The notes beneath the pieces are model-generated. The model had not been told where the DNA came from and searched no databases. It saw only the letters and a program-made list of their open reading frames with translations. A stretch of 64,000 bases of DNA from Alphaproteobacteria bacterium (GTDB lineage Bacteria; Pseudomonadota; Alphaproteobacteria; UBA828): NCBI GenBank assembly GCA_965220825.1, contig OZ244839.1:286148-350147 (forward strand), read 5' to 3'. Position numbers and translations under genes: made by a program. Position 1 is the first letter of the stretch. Each line of letters opens with the position of its first letter. Shown here piece after piece: positions 41,210 to 50,867 of this stretch.

Positions 41210-41650
41210 TCAGAGCCCCGAAGGTTGGATGTCGAAGTCTTCGTGGGAATGGTTCACGATGCCGTGATCTTCCGCGATCTTGTTGACGGCAAGATATTTG
41301 ACGCCGTCGCGCTCATAGAGCTCCCCGTCCACGGTGACTTCATTGGTCTGGATACGAAACACCGCTTCGTTTCCGATCACGCCCGGGTCGTCTTCGACGA
41401 GGAGAATCACATAGACCTCCTCGTCTTCGCCCAGGATCGAAACCGGCACGCCGCCGCGTGCGCACCACACCGCGCAGCGATGGTGCGCCGATCCCAAGGC
41501 CCACATGAACTCACTGAGATAGCACCATGAATCGATGATCTCACCGGTCACCGTAACTTTTTTGGGCTCGGCCGCGATGCTCTGGCCCATGGTGGCAACC
41601 CCCACGAGCGCCGCAACGGCGAGGCCGGCCGCGAGTTTCTGCAACTTCAT
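41210..41650 (-). CDS. Exported hypothetical protein with DxxC...HxxCxxxC motif, related to the downstream gene
   Basis: Signal peptide (…QSIA|), VTGEIIDSWCYL...HHRCAVWCARGGVP...VTVDG. GGAG RBS before ATG 41650. Confidence 0.78.
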   Translation of the reverse strand: MKLQKLAAGLAVAALVGVATMGQSIAAEPKKVTVTGEIIDSWCYLSEFMWALGSAHHRCAVWCARGGVPVSILGEDEEVYVILLVEDDPGVIGNEAVFRIQTNEVTVDGELYERDGVKYLAVNKIAEDHGIVNHSHEDFDIQPSGL

Positions 41651-41777
41651 GGCTCGCTCCGCGTGGCTGTCCGTTTCGAACCGTCGTGAACGCCAAGCGG
41701 GCGCTCGACGGATCATCCCTCGATAGACGGATCCTGCTTTCAATATAAGCCTCCGGTTCCGTCGCCGCCAGCACCAG

Positions 41778-41785
41778 GAGGCCTG
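41778..41785. repeat. Left target-site duplication GAGGCCTG
   Basis: Identical 8-mer at 43065-43072, directly abutting the other IS end. Confidence 0.9.
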
Positions 41786-43064
41786 GGTGACGTATCAGAG
41801 TTTGTGTCAGGGGCAGGGAGGGGGGTACTCCAATGGTTTGCCAGAACCCACGAAAGGAGCACCCCCATGCCGCAGTCCGCGACGATCAACAGCATACCGG
41901 CCGCGTTCCGAATGATGAAGAACATGCAAGCGCAAGGGGTCGAGTGGAGCGCGGACTACCGCAGCGCGGCGAAGGCGGCACTGAAGGCGGTGCTGGAGCA
42001 GCAGATGGGCGACCGGATCTCCAGCCACCTCGACACCATGGCGAGGCGCGGGACCGCCGATCGGCGCAACGGCTATTACAGCCGCCAACTGATGTCCGAG
42101 CTCGGCGAGATCGAGCTCTGCGTGCCGCGCACCCGTACCTTCTCGGCGAACGTGGTGCTGCGCGCCTATGCCCGGCGCGCCCCCCATATCGACCGCCTGG
42201 TGCTTGCCTGCTTCGTGCTTGGGCTCAGCACACGCAAGGTGGCGGTGGCTCTGCAGACGATCCTCGGTCGGTCCATCAGCCCGGCCACGGTGAGCCGTAT
42301 CGCCAAGACCCTCGACATCGCTGTCGCCGCCTTCCATCGCAGGCCGCTCAAGGACGCCTACCCCGTGCTCATGCTCGACGGCGTGGTGCTCGCCCGCAAG
42401 ACCGGCGCCGGCGCCCTCAGGCGCCCCGTCCTGGTGGCCCTCGGCATCCACGCCGACGGCAGGAAGGAGATCATCGACTACCGCTTGGCCACCGCTGAGA
42501 GCGCCGTCCAGTGGGAGCTGTTCCTCACAGACCTCTACCGCCGCGGCCTGCGCGGCGACGCCCTGGAGATCATCTGTACCGACGGCGGCGCTGGCCTCAT
42601 CGCTGCCCTGCCCGTCGTCTACCCCGGCATCCCCCTGCAACGCTGCTGGGCGCACAAGGTCAGAAACGTTCTCAATAAGGTCCGCAAACACCACCACGAC
42701 CCCGTCAAGAAAGGCCTCCACAGGATCGTCAACGCCGCCAACAGACCCGCCGCCCTCGCCGCCGCACGCCGTTTCGCGGACAGATGGCAGGCAGACTACC
42801 CAAAGGCCGTTGCATGCCTGCGCAACGACCTCGACGAACTGCTCACATGCTTCCGATACAAAACTCTCGAACGACGCAAGCAAGTCAGGACCACCAACGC
42901 CATCGAGCGACGCTTCCGAGAAGTCCGGCGCAGGACAAGGCCCATGGGAACCTTCCAGGACAGAACCTCCATGGATCGCATCCTCTTCGCCGTCTTCACC
43001 CACGAAAACCAAAACCAGGGAGTGCCCACACTTTTCTCACTGACACAAAACATTTGACGTTACC
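41786..43064 (+). mobile_element. IS256-family insertion sequence, 1279 bp, apparently intact
   Basis: Imperfect 25-bp terminal inverted repeats: IRL GGTGACGTATCAGAGTTTGTGTCAG, IRR reverse complement GGTAACGTCAAATGTTTTGTGTCAG. Flanked by the 8-bp direct repeat GAGGCCTG. Confidence 0.95.
41867..43057 (+). CDS. IS256-family DDE transposase
   Basis: RRNGY, VPR.R, GLSTR, LDG, TDG..GL, QRC..H, RTTN.IER...E.RRR. GAAAGGA RBS; stop codon lies inside the IRR. Confidence 0.95.
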   Translation: MPQSATINSIPAAFRMMKNMQAQGVEWSADYRSAAKAALKAVLEQQMGDRISSHLDTMARRGTADRRNGYYSRQLMSELGEIELCVPRTRTFSANVVLRAYARRAPHIDRLVLACFVLGLSTRKVAVALQTILGRSISPATVSRIAKTLDIAVAAFHRRPLKDAYPVLMLDGVVLARKTGAGALRRPVLVALGIHADGRKEIIDYRLATAESAVQWELFLTDLYRRGLRGDALEIICTDGGAGLIAALPVVYPGIPLQRCWAHKVRNVLNKVRKHHHDPVKKGLHRIVNAANRPAALAAARRFADRWQADYPKAVACLRNDLDELLTCFRYKTLERRKQVRTTNAIERRFREVRRRTRPMGTFQDRTSMDRILFAVFTHENQNQGVPTLFSLTQNI

Positions 43065-43072
43065 GAGGCCTG
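43065..43072. repeat. Right target-site duplication GAGGCCTG
   Basis: Identical to 41778-41785. Confidence 0.9.
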
Positions 43073-43166
43073 TGCGGCGGTGGACAAGACGCCGCCCGCA
43101 GGACTCTTTTGTGGGCGCGACAAACGGTCTAAAAGGCGGGACGGGACGTCTCGACGGAGAATGGGG

Positions 43167-44753
43167 ATGCGCGATTTCCAGCGCCCGGGCCGTTCGCCGG
43201 TCTTCGGCACCGGCGGCTGCGCGGCGACCTCCTATCCGCTGGCAACGGCCGCGGCCATCGACATGCTGAAGGCCGGTGGCAACGCCGTCGATGCTGCCGT
43301 TACGGCCTGTGCGCTGCTCGGCGTGGTCGAGCCCCAGTCCACCGGCATCGGCGGGGACTGCTTCGCCCTCTACGCGCCCGGCGGCCGCGTGCCTCCGGTC
43401 GCGGTGAACGGCTCCGGCCCGGCGCCGGCGGCGGCCAGTGCGGATCGGCTGCGGGAGCAGGGCATGGACGCCATCGGCTTCCAGAGTCCCCACGCGGTCA
43501 CCGTGCCGGGCGCCGTCCGCACCTGGGAGATGCTTCTGCGGGACCACGGCACCAAGGGGCTGGACGAGGCGCTTCAGCCCGCGATCCGCTACGCTGAGGA
43601 AGGCTATGTGGTCCATCCCCGCGTAGCCTGGGATTGGGCTTCCAACGCGGAGAAGCTCGCGGCCTGCGAGAACGCCGCGGCGATCTTTCTCTCCGGCGGG
43701 CAAGCGCCGCGGGCGGGAAGCCTCCATCGCCAGCCCGCGCTCGCCGGAACGTTGCGCCGCATCGCCGAGGGTGGCGCGGATGCGTTTTACGAAGGCGCCG
43801 TCGGCGAAGGAATCGCGGCCTATCTCGGTGCGAAGGGAAGCCCGATGACGGCCGACGATCTCGCCGCTTTCCGGCCGCAACAGGTAGAGCCGATCGCGAC
43901 GCGCTACCGGGGTTACGACATCTATGAATGCCCGCCCAACGGACAAGGGCTGATTGCGCTGCTGATCCTCAACATTCTTCAGGGCTTCGACGTGGCCGGC
44001 CTCGATCCGGTGGGGGCGGAGCGCTTCCATCTCCAGGCGGAGGCGACCCGTCTTGCCTACCGGGATCGGGCTGCACTCATTGCCGATCCCGACCGGGTCG
44101 AGGTGCCCACGGACGCGCTGCTTTCAGCCGACTACGCGGCTTCGCTCCGCCGCCATATCGACCGCTTTCAAGCCTTGCCGCCGGCGCTTCCGCCGGGCTG
44201 GCCGGATCATCGGGATACGGTCTATCTCACCGTGGTAGACGGCGAGGGGAACGCCATTTCCCTCATCAACTCGCTGTTCCACGCCTTCGGCAGCGGGCTC
44301 TGCGCGCCGGGCGGGATCATGCTCCAGAACCGGGGCGCGAGCTTCCGGCTGGAGCCCACGCACCCCAACGCGCTTGCGGGCGGCAAACGGCCCATGCACA
44401 CCATCATACCCGGCATGATGGGGGAGGGCGCGCGCGCCGTCATGCCCTTCGGCGTGATGGGCGGCCACTACCAGGCCTGTGGCCACGCCCATTTTCTCTC
44501 CAACGTCATCGATTACGGCATGGACCCGCAGGCGGCGCTGGACTGCCCGAGGGCGTTCCATTTCGAAGATGTGCTGACGCTGGAAACCACCGTTCCGGAT
44601 GAGGCGGCGCGGCTGCTTTCGGAATATGGCCACACCGTCCGGCGTGCCGATGCGCCCCATGGCGGCGGGCAGGCGATCCGTATGGACGGGGAGTCGGGCG
44701 TTCTCACCGGGGGCTCGGACCCGCGCAAGGACGGCTGCGCCCTCGCCTTCTGA
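43167..44753 (+). CDS. ggt: Gamma-glutamyltransferase family protein (no signal peptide)
   Basis: GGNAVDAA, VEPQSTGIGGD, VTVPG, nucleophile Thr in DTVYLTVVD, QNRG, KRP.HTIIP, GVMGG, SDPRKDG. Confidence 0.92.
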   Translation: MRDFQRPGRSPVFGTGGCAATSYPLATAAAIDMLKAGGNAVDAAVTACALLGVVEPQSTGIGGDCFALYAPGGRVPPVAVNGSGPAPAAASADRLREQGMDAIGFQSPHAVTVPGAVRTWEMLLRDHGTKGLDEALQPAIRYAEEGYVVHPRVAWDWASNAEKLAACENAAAIFLSGGQAPRAGSLHRQPALAGTLRRIAEGGADAFYEGAVGEGIAAYLGAKGSPMTADDLAAFRPQQVEPIATRYRGYDIYECPPNGQGLIALLILNILQGFDVAGLDPVGAERFHLQAEATRLAYRDRAALIADPDRVEVPTDALLSADYAASLRRHIDRFQALPPALPPGWPDHRDTVYLTVVDGEGNAISLINSLFHAFGSGLCAPGGIMLQNRGASFRLEPTHPNALAGGKRPMHTIIPGMMGEGARAVMPFGVMGGHYQACGHAHFLSNVIDYGMDPQAALDCPRAFHFEDVLTLETTVPDEAARLLSEYGHTVRRADAPHGGGQAIRMDGESGVLTGGSDPRKDGCALAF

Positions 44754-44787
44754 GGTAGCGGGCTGCGCGGTGGGACGCGGAGGAACA

Positions 44788-45522
44788 ATGTACGAGAGCG
44801 AGCGCGAGGCGCGGATCGATCTGGCGGCGGCCTACCGCGCGGCCTGCCATCACGGGCTCAACGAAGGTATCTGCAACCACTTCACCCTGATGGTGCCCGG
44901 CAGCGACGACCGCTTTCTGCTGATCGGCTACGGGACCCATTGGAGCGAGGTGCGTGCGAGCGACCTTCTGGTCGTGGATCTGGACGGAACCCTGATATCC
45001 GGTGACGGCGTGGTGGAGCCTACGGCGCTCTATCTCCACGCGCGCGTCCACCGGGCACGGCCCGATCTGCGCTGTTTGATGCACACCCACCAGCCCCACA
45101 CCCTTGCCATCGCCATGATCGAGGGAGGGCGGCTCGAGCCTGCGAGCCAGACGGCGCTGCGCTTCTGCCACCGGATGGCCTACGACCGGGACTATGACGG
45201 TCTTGCGCTGGACGACAGCGAAGGTGATCGGGTGGCGGCGGCCATGGAGGGGACGGATATCCTTCTCATGGGCAATCACGGTGTGATGGTGGGCGGTCCT
45301 CACGTCCCCAAGACCTATGACGACCTCTACTATCTGGAGCGCGCGGCCATGGTGCAGAACATCGCGCTCGCGACCGGCCGCCCGCTCGCCATGATTCCGC
45401 CGGACATGCAGGCGGAGGCCGCGCGGCAAATGTCGGTCGACAACATGCACCGCTACGCCGTGGACCACTTTGAGGCCGTCAAGCGCCTGCTGGACCGTAC
45501 CGACCCCGACTACCGGCATTAG
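44788..45522 (+). CDS. Class II aldolase/adducin family protein
   Basis: R.DLAAAYR, EGICNHF, LH..VH..RP, HTH, NHG metal ligands. Confidence 0.9.
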   Translation: MYESEREARIDLAAAYRAACHHGLNEGICNHFTLMVPGSDDRFLLIGYGTHWSEVRASDLLVVDLDGTLISGDGVVEPTALYLHARVHRARPDLRCLMHTHQPHTLAIAMIEGGRLEPASQTALRFCHRMAYDRDYDGLALDDSEGDRVAAAMEGTDILLMGNHGVMVGGPHVPKTYDDLYYLERAAMVQNIALATGRPLAMIPPDMQAEAARQMSVDNMHRYAVDHFEAVKRLLDRTDPDYRH

Positions 45523-45582
45523 GACCCGACATCTGCCGTCTCGCGCGATGCGGGTGCGGCATGACGGGAGGCGAGCTGCCGG

Positions 45583-46179
45583 CTATACCGCGCTTGAGGC
45601 CGGGCCGTACTCCTCCATGGCGTCCAGAAGCCAAGCGGCGAGGTAGAGAGCAACGGAGCTGCGGACGGCGATTTCGAAAAGCGGAGCCTCGCCCGGACGG
45701 TGGAGCAGGATTTGGGCCTTGGCGAGGTTGGTCTGCGCCACCGCGCCGGGGCCGAAGGCGCGGGGGTGAAGGTCGAGCCGGCAGCCCTTCATCAGTATCT
45801 CGAGGGCTCGCGCGCCGGAGAGCGTGAGCCAGACGCGTGCGGCGCTCACATCGGTGAGGGCAGAGACGCGCCCCGAAAGCGCCTTCTGCAAGGCACTTTC
45901 CAGGGCATCCCGTTCCGCGAGTGGCGCTGTTGCGAGCCACTCGTCGGGGCCCAGGCGGAAGGCGCGCCTTTCGCCTCTGGCGGCGGCCTCGAGGCCCTGC
46001 GGAGGCGCCATGCCGAGGCCGGTGCCGAGGGTCTCCATGGCGCCGGCGGCGGATATATCCAGCCGCAGGTCGAACTGGGCGCGCGGCGGCTCTTCCGCCA
46101 GCGCCGCACCATCCACGCGGGCCGGAAGCCTGTCGCCGAGCGGGGCCAGCGGGCTCCGGGGTGCGGGTGACTCAGCCAT
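45583..46179 (-). CDS. soxG: Sarcosine oxidase subunit gamma
   Basis: LGPDEWL, DVS, GC.LDLHP..F..G..AQT, VRSS.A.YL..WL; position in the operon. Confidence 0.9.
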   Translation of the reverse strand: MAESPAPRSPLAPLGDRLPARVDGAALAEEPPRAQFDLRLDISAAGAMETLGTGLGMAPPQGLEAAARGERRAFRLGPDEWLATAPLAERDALESALQKALSGRVSALTDVSAARVWLTLSGARALEILMKGCRLDLHPRAFGPGAVAQTNLAKAQILLHRPGEAPLFEIAVRSSVALYLAAWLLDAMEEYGPASSAV

Positions 46180-49100
46180 CGCGGCGCGATCCTTCCGGAT
46201 CGTAAAAGACGGGGTCAGCGATCTTGCAGGGCAGGGTCCGGCCCTTGAGGGCGGCAAAGATCGTCTCTCCCTTGCGCGCTCTTCCGCCCCGCACCAGGGC
46301 CAGAGCGATGGAGTGCCCGAGCGTGGGGCTCGCATAGCTGGAGGTAACGTGTCCGATCATCGGAAGCGGCGGCCTTCCCGGTGCATCCACCAGTTGCGCA
46401 CCTTCCGGCAGAACGGCCCGGGGGTCTTCGGTCAGGAGTCCCACGAGCTGCTTGCGGTCGGTCCGGCGCGTATCGGCGCGCGCCCACGCCCGTTTGCCGA
46501 GAAAGTCGGATTTCTTGCGGGAGACGATCCAGTCCATGCCGAGGTCCTGGGGCGTGGTCGTGCCGTCCGTATCCTGGCCGACGATGATGTAGCCACGCTC
46601 GGCGCGCAGCACATGCATGGCCTCCGTGCCGTAGGGCGTTATTCCGTGGTCCGCGCCCGCTTCCATCAACGCCTCCCAGACGGTGAGCCCGTGAAACCAC
46701 GGCACGTTTATTTCGTAGCCGAGCTCGCCGGAGAAGCTGATGCGGAAAATACGCGCGGGCACCCCGGCCACCGCACCGTGCCGCACGGTCATGAAGGGAA
46801 AGGTCTCCTTGTCGAGAGACATCTCCGGTGCCACGGAGGCCAGCACCGAGCGGGATTTGGGGCCTGCCAGCGAAAGCGTCGCCCATTGCTCGGTGACGGA
46901 GGTGCAGTAGACCCCGAGCTCGGGCCACTCGGTCTGAAGCCATTCCTCCAGCCAATGCATCACGGCGGCGGCGTTGCCGGTGGTGGTGGTCGCGAGGTAG
47001 TGGTGCTCGCCAAGCCGCGCCGTGGTGCCGTCGTCGAATATCATGCCGTCGTCCCGGCACATCAGCCCGTAACGCACCCTGCCGACGGGCAGCGACCTCC
47101 AATCGTTGGTGTAGACCCGGTCGAGCAGGTCGGCGGCATCCGGGCCCTGGATGTCGATTTTGCCGAGCGTGGACGCGTCCAGCAGGCCCACCGCCTCGCG
47201 CACCGCCCGGCACTCCCGCGCGACCGCCTCCTGCATGCCTTCGCCGGGACGGGGATACCACCGGGGCCTCCGCCATTGGCCGACGGTTTCGAACATCGCC
47301 CCCTGGGCCTCGTGCCACTCCTGCATGGGCGTGCGCCGCACCGGGTCCATGAGCAGGCCGCGGTCCCGCCCGGCCAGCGCTCCGAACGCGACCGGCGTGT
47401 AGGGCGGCCGGTAGGTGGTGACACCCACTTCCGGGATGGATTTCCCGAGAGCGTCGGCCAGGATGGCGAGGCCGTTCACGTTCGCCGTCTTTCCCTGGTC
47501 GGTACCCATGCCGACGGTGGTGTAGCGCTTGACATGCTCCACCGAGCGAAAGCCTTCGCGCGCCGCGAGCCCTATGTCCTGCGCCGTCACGTCGTCTTGA
47601 TGGTCCACCATGTGCTTGGCCTTGCCATGGCCCACGGGCCGGCGGCCCGGTGCGAGCCAGAAGGGCTCCATGGCACCGGGCTCGGGCGCTTCCGTTTCAG
47701 GAATCGCCGGCGGTTCGCCGGAGCCGAAGCCCGCCTTCTTCGCGGCGCGCGCGCCGGCGGCGGCACCTTCGTCGAGGCAGACGGCGAGGCCGAAACTGCC
47801 GTTTGCCGCACCCGCGACCTCAAGCGGCCGGGTCGTCGCCCCGGGAACGAAGATCCCGCGCTCCTCTTCGAAGGCAAGACGCCCGCCCGCCTGGCAGAAG
47901 AGGTGCACCGCCGGGTTCCAGCCGCCGGAGACGAGCACGCAATCGCAGGCGATGCGCCGCGCCGGGCCGCGAAGGCCCGTGCCCGCGTCGTCGAGCGCCA
48001 TCGCGGTGACGCCCCGCACCCGCCGCACGCCATGGGTGGCGGCGATGACCGCGCCGGTGTGGAGCGCGGCGCCGGCCTGCCGGAGCGCGTCGGCGAGGGG
48101 CGGCGCGGGTCCCCGCCGGCAGTCGATGACGGCGGCGACCGTTCCGCCTGCCTCGGCGAAGTCTCGCGCCGCCTCATAGGCGGCGTCGTTGTTGGTAAAG
48201 AGCACGGCTCGTTTGCCGGGAAGCGCCGCATAGTGGCGGATATAGAGCTGTGCGGCGGACGCCAGCAGGATGCCGGGCCGGTCGTTGTCCGCGAAGACCA
48301 GCGGGCGCTCATGGGCGCCGGTGGCGAGTACGACCTGCCGCGCCTTGACGGTCCAGAGCCGCTGGCGGGAGACCGCCGCGGGTGCGCGCCCGCCGAGGTG
48401 ATCGGTGCGGCGCTCCAGTGCGCTCAACGTGTTGTGGTCGTAGTAGCCGAAGAGCGTGGTGCGCATCAGTACGCGGACATTGGGCATTGCCGAGAGGCGG
48501 GCCAGTGCGTCCGCCGCCCAGTCCGCGCCGTCCCGTCCGTCGATCCCGCGGGAGAGCCCCAGAAGCGCGCCGCCGGGTGCCGGGCGCTCGTCCATGAGGA
48601 TCACCCGTGCACCGGTCTCGCCGGCGGCGAGTGCGGCGGCAAGGCCGCTCGCGCCCGCGCCCACGACCAGCACGTCGCAATGGGCGTTCATCCTGTCGTA
48701 CCGGTCCGGGTCCGGTGCCGGGGGGGCACGCCCGAGGCCCGCCATGCGGCGGATGGCGGGCTCGTAGAGCGCTTTCCAGAACGACGCCGGGCGCAGGAAG
48801 GTCTTGTAGTAGAAGCCCGCCGGGAGCAGCGGCGCCAGCCGGCCCGTCCAAGCATTGAGATCGAAGGCCGCGCTCGGCCAGGCGTTGACGCCCTCGGCCC
48901 TGAGCCCGTCATAGAGTTCGATCTGGGTCGCGCGCATGTTGGGCTCGGTGCGGGCCCCGACGCCGAGCTGCACGAGCGCCGAGGGTTCCTCCGAACCCGC
49001 TGTGAGGATGCCGCGCGGACGGTGATACTTGAAGCTTCGGCCGGTCAGGTGGACGCCGTTGGCAATCAGCGCAGACGCGAGCGTATCTCCCGCATGGCCT

Positions 49101-49183
49101 TCCAGCTGGCGTCCGTTGAAGGTGAAGCGGAGGCGCTGCTCACGGTCGATCCGTCCGCCGGCGGGAAGACGGAAGCGCATCAT
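46172..49183 (-). CDS. soxA: Sarcosine oxidase subunit alpha
   Basis: GDTLASAL.ANG, RSFKYHRPRG, GFYYKTF, EHVKRYTT.GMGTDQGK, DASTLGKI, FYDPEG. Confidence 0.95.
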   Translation of the reverse strand: MMRFRLPAGGRIDREQRLRFTFNGRQLEGHAGDTLASALIANGVHLTGRSFKYHRPRGILTAGSEEPSALVQLGVGARTEPNMRATQIELYDGLRAEGVNAWPSAAFDLNAWTGRLAPLLPAGFYYKTFLRPASFWKALYEPAIRRMAGLGRAPPAPDPDRYDRMNAHCDVLVVGAGASGLAAALAAGETGARVILMDERPAPGGALLGLSRGIDGRDGADWAADALARLSAMPNVRVLMRTTLFGYYDHNTLSALERRTDHLGGRAPAAVSRQRLWTVKARQVVLATGAHERPLVFADNDRPGILLASAAQLYIRHYAALPGKRAVLFTNNDAAYEAARDFAEAGGTVAAVIDCRRGPAPPLADALRQAGAALHTGAVIAATHGVRRVRGVTAMALDDAGTGLRGPARRIACDCVLVSGGWNPAVHLFCQAGGRLAFEEERGIFVPGATTRPLEVAGAANGSFGLAVCLDEGAAAGARAAKKAGFGSGEPPAIPETEAPEPGAMEPFWLAPGRRPVGHGKAKHMVDHQDDVTAQDIGLAAREGFRSVEHVKRYTTVGMGTDQGKTANVNGLAILADALGKSIPEVGVTTYRPPYTPVAFGALAGRDRGLLMDPVRRTPMQEWHEAQGAMFETVGQWRRPRWYPRPGEGMQEAVARECRAVREAVGLLDASTLGKIDIQGPDAADLLDRVYTNDWRSLPVGRVRYGLMCRDDGMIFDDGTTARLGEHHYLATTTTGNAAAVMHWLEEWLQTEWPELGVYCTSVTEQWATLSLAGPKSRSVLASVAPEMSLDKETFPFMTVRHGAVAGVPARIFRISFSGELGYEINVPWFHGLTVWEALMEAGADHGITPYGTEAMHVLRAERGYIIVGQDTDGTTTPQDLGMDWIVSRKKSDFLGKRAWARADTRRTDRKQLVGLLTEDPRAVLPEGAQLVDAPGRPPLPMIGHVTSSYASPTLGHSIALALVRGGRARKGETIFAALKGRTLPCKIADPVFYDPEGSRRDG

Positions 49184-49470
49184 GCGCCGCCGCCGGTTTG
49201 ACGCGGCGGGCCGGACGCACCCAAGGGGTAAACCGCGAGAATTTCGTGGGTCTCCGTGTGGCGCACCATGTTGAACCAGCGCCGGCAGCCGTCCCGGTGC
49301 ATCCAGCGCTCCGCGTGAGCCCCCTTGGGGTTGCGCCGCATGAAGAGGTAGTCCGCCCAGCCGGCGTCGTCGGTGGTGTCCGGGTCGGGGCGCGCGATAT
49401 GGGCTTCGCCTCCGTACTGGAACTCGGTCTCCGGCCGCTCGCCGCACCAGGGGCAGGGGATCCACAGCAC
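49180..49470 (-). CDS. soxD: Sarcosine oxidase subunit delta
   Basis: CPWCGER...EF.YGGEAHI.RP, NPKG.H.ERW.H..GC zinc motif. Confidence 0.95.
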   Translation of the reverse strand: MLWIPCPWCGERPETEFQYGGEAHIARPDPDTTDDAGWADYLFMRRNPKGAHAERWMHRDGCRRWFNMVRHTETHEILAVYPLGASGPPRQTGGGA

Positions 49471-49490
49471 GGCGCGCGCCCCTCGCGTTC

Positions 49491-50741
49491 CTAATGCGCG
49501 ACGGCGGCGGCGGCGTGCTCGTCGATCAGCGCGCCCGTTGTGAACCGGTCGAGGGAGAAGGGGGCGTTCAGCGCATGCGGCTCGCCGGTCGCCATGGTGT
49601 GTGCCATGACCCAGCCCGAGCCGGGCGTCGCCTTGAACCCGCCGGTGCCCCAGCCGCCGTTGATGTAAAGGCCCTCCACGGGCGTCTTGCCGATAATGGG
49701 GGAGGCATCGGGGCAGATGTCCACGATACCCGCCCAGGAACGCATCATGCGCACGCGGCTAAAGATCGGGAGCAGTTCCACCAGCGCCCCCGTCTGCGCT
49801 TCGATGACGTGGAGACCGCCACGTTGGCCGTAGGAGTTGGGCGGGTCGATGCCCGCGCCGATCACCAGCTCGCCCTTGTCGGACTGGCTCAGATAGACGT
49901 GCACCCCGTTGGACATGATGACGCAATGCAGCACCGGCTTGAGCGGCTCGGAGACCAGCGCCTGCAAGGAGTGGCTCTCGATGGGCAGACGGAACCCTGC
50001 CATCTCCGCAAGCACCGAGCTGTGCCCTGCCACCACGACGCCCACCTTCTTCGCCTCGACGGTGCCCTGGGTGGTGCGCACGCCCGTGACCTTGCCGTTT
50101 GCGATGTCGAAGCCCGTGACCTCGCAGTTCTGGATGATGTCCACGCCCCGGGCGTCCGCGGCCCGGGCGAAGCCCCAGGCGACGGCGTCGTGGCGGGCAG
50201 TTCCGCCGCGGCGCTGCAGGGTGCCGCCCATGACCGGATATCGCGCCTTGGGAGAGATGTCGATTATGGGGCAGAAGGCCTTTACCTCTTCGGCCGTGAG
50301 CAATTCGGAATCGATCCCGTTCAGTCGGTTGGCATTGGCCCGCCGCGTGGCCTCCTGCAGGTCGTGGACATTGTGGATCAGGTTCAGCACCCCGCGCTGG
50401 CTGAACATCAGGTTGTAGTTGAGCTCCTGGGAGAGGCCTTCCCAGAGCTTCAGAGAGTGCTCGTAGAGTGCTGCGCTTTCGTCCCACAGATAGTTGGAGC
50501 GGACCACCGTGGTGTTCCGGCCGGTATTGCCGCCGCCGAGCCAGCCCTTCTCCAGCACCGCAATGTCGGTGATGCCGTGGCGCGCGGCGAGGTAGTAGGC
50601 GGTGGCGAGGCCGTGCCCGCCGGCGCCGACGATCACCACGTCGTAGGCGGGTTTCGGCGCCGGACTGCGCCACTGTTCCGGCCAGCGTTCGTGGTGGCTC
50701 AGCGCGTTTCGCGCCAGGCTGAAGATCGAAAACCGTTTCAT
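49491..50741 (-). CDS. soxB: Sarcosine oxidase subunit beta
   Basis: [58 protein letters not shown]. Confidence 0.96.
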   Translation of the reverse strand: MKRFSIFSLARNALSHHERWPEQWRSPAPKPAYDVVIVGAGGHGLATAYYLAARHGITDIAVLEKGWLGGGNTGRNTTVVRSNYLWDESAALYEHSLKLWEGLSQELNYNLMFSQRGVLNLIHNVHDLQEATRRANANRLNGIDSELLTAEEVKAFCPIIDISPKARYPVMGGTLQRRGGTARHDAVAWGFARAADARGVDIIQNCEVTGFDIANGKVTGVRTTQGTVEAKKVGVVVAGHSSVLAEMAGFRLPIESHSLQALVSEPLKPVLHCVIMSNGVHVYLSQSDKGELVIGAGIDPPNSYGQRGGLHVIEAQTGALVELLPIFSRVRMMRSWAGIVDICPDASPIIGKTPVEGLYINGGWGTGGFKATPGSGWVMAHTMATGEPHALNAPFSLDRFTTGALIDEHAAAAVAH

Positions 50742-50821
50742 TGCATCCCTGATGAAAGGGCGTCCTACGATACCCCGCTCACACTGCCCGTGTCTCTTGG
50801 AACCAGCGCGCGTGGCACGTG

Positions 50822-50867
50822 TTTGAAACCGTCGGGCCGGGCGTTTCGTTCCGTGGGCGGTTTCAAA
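50822..50867. terminator. Inverted repeat between the M16 peptidase genes and soxB
   Basis: TTTGAAACCG (50822-50831) and CGGTTTCAAA (50858-50867). Could be a terminator or an operator. Confidence 0.4.

Noticed and set aside
41807-43012. 401-aa antisense ORF inside the IS256
   Set aside because: It mirrors the transposase codons, and nothing supports a passenger gene.
45824-49201. 1125-aa plus-strand ORF (also 49494-50912, 51025-52947, 55524-57620, 60789-62849)
   Set aside because: Each is antisense to a well-supported gene (soxA, soxB, M16, ileS, AbfD-like), has no recognisable motifs, and is expected in high-GC DNA.
50742-50862. Glycine or THF riboswitch upstream of soxB
   Set aside because: I recognised no aptamer consensus, only a simple inverted repeat. 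An Rfam scan would settle it.
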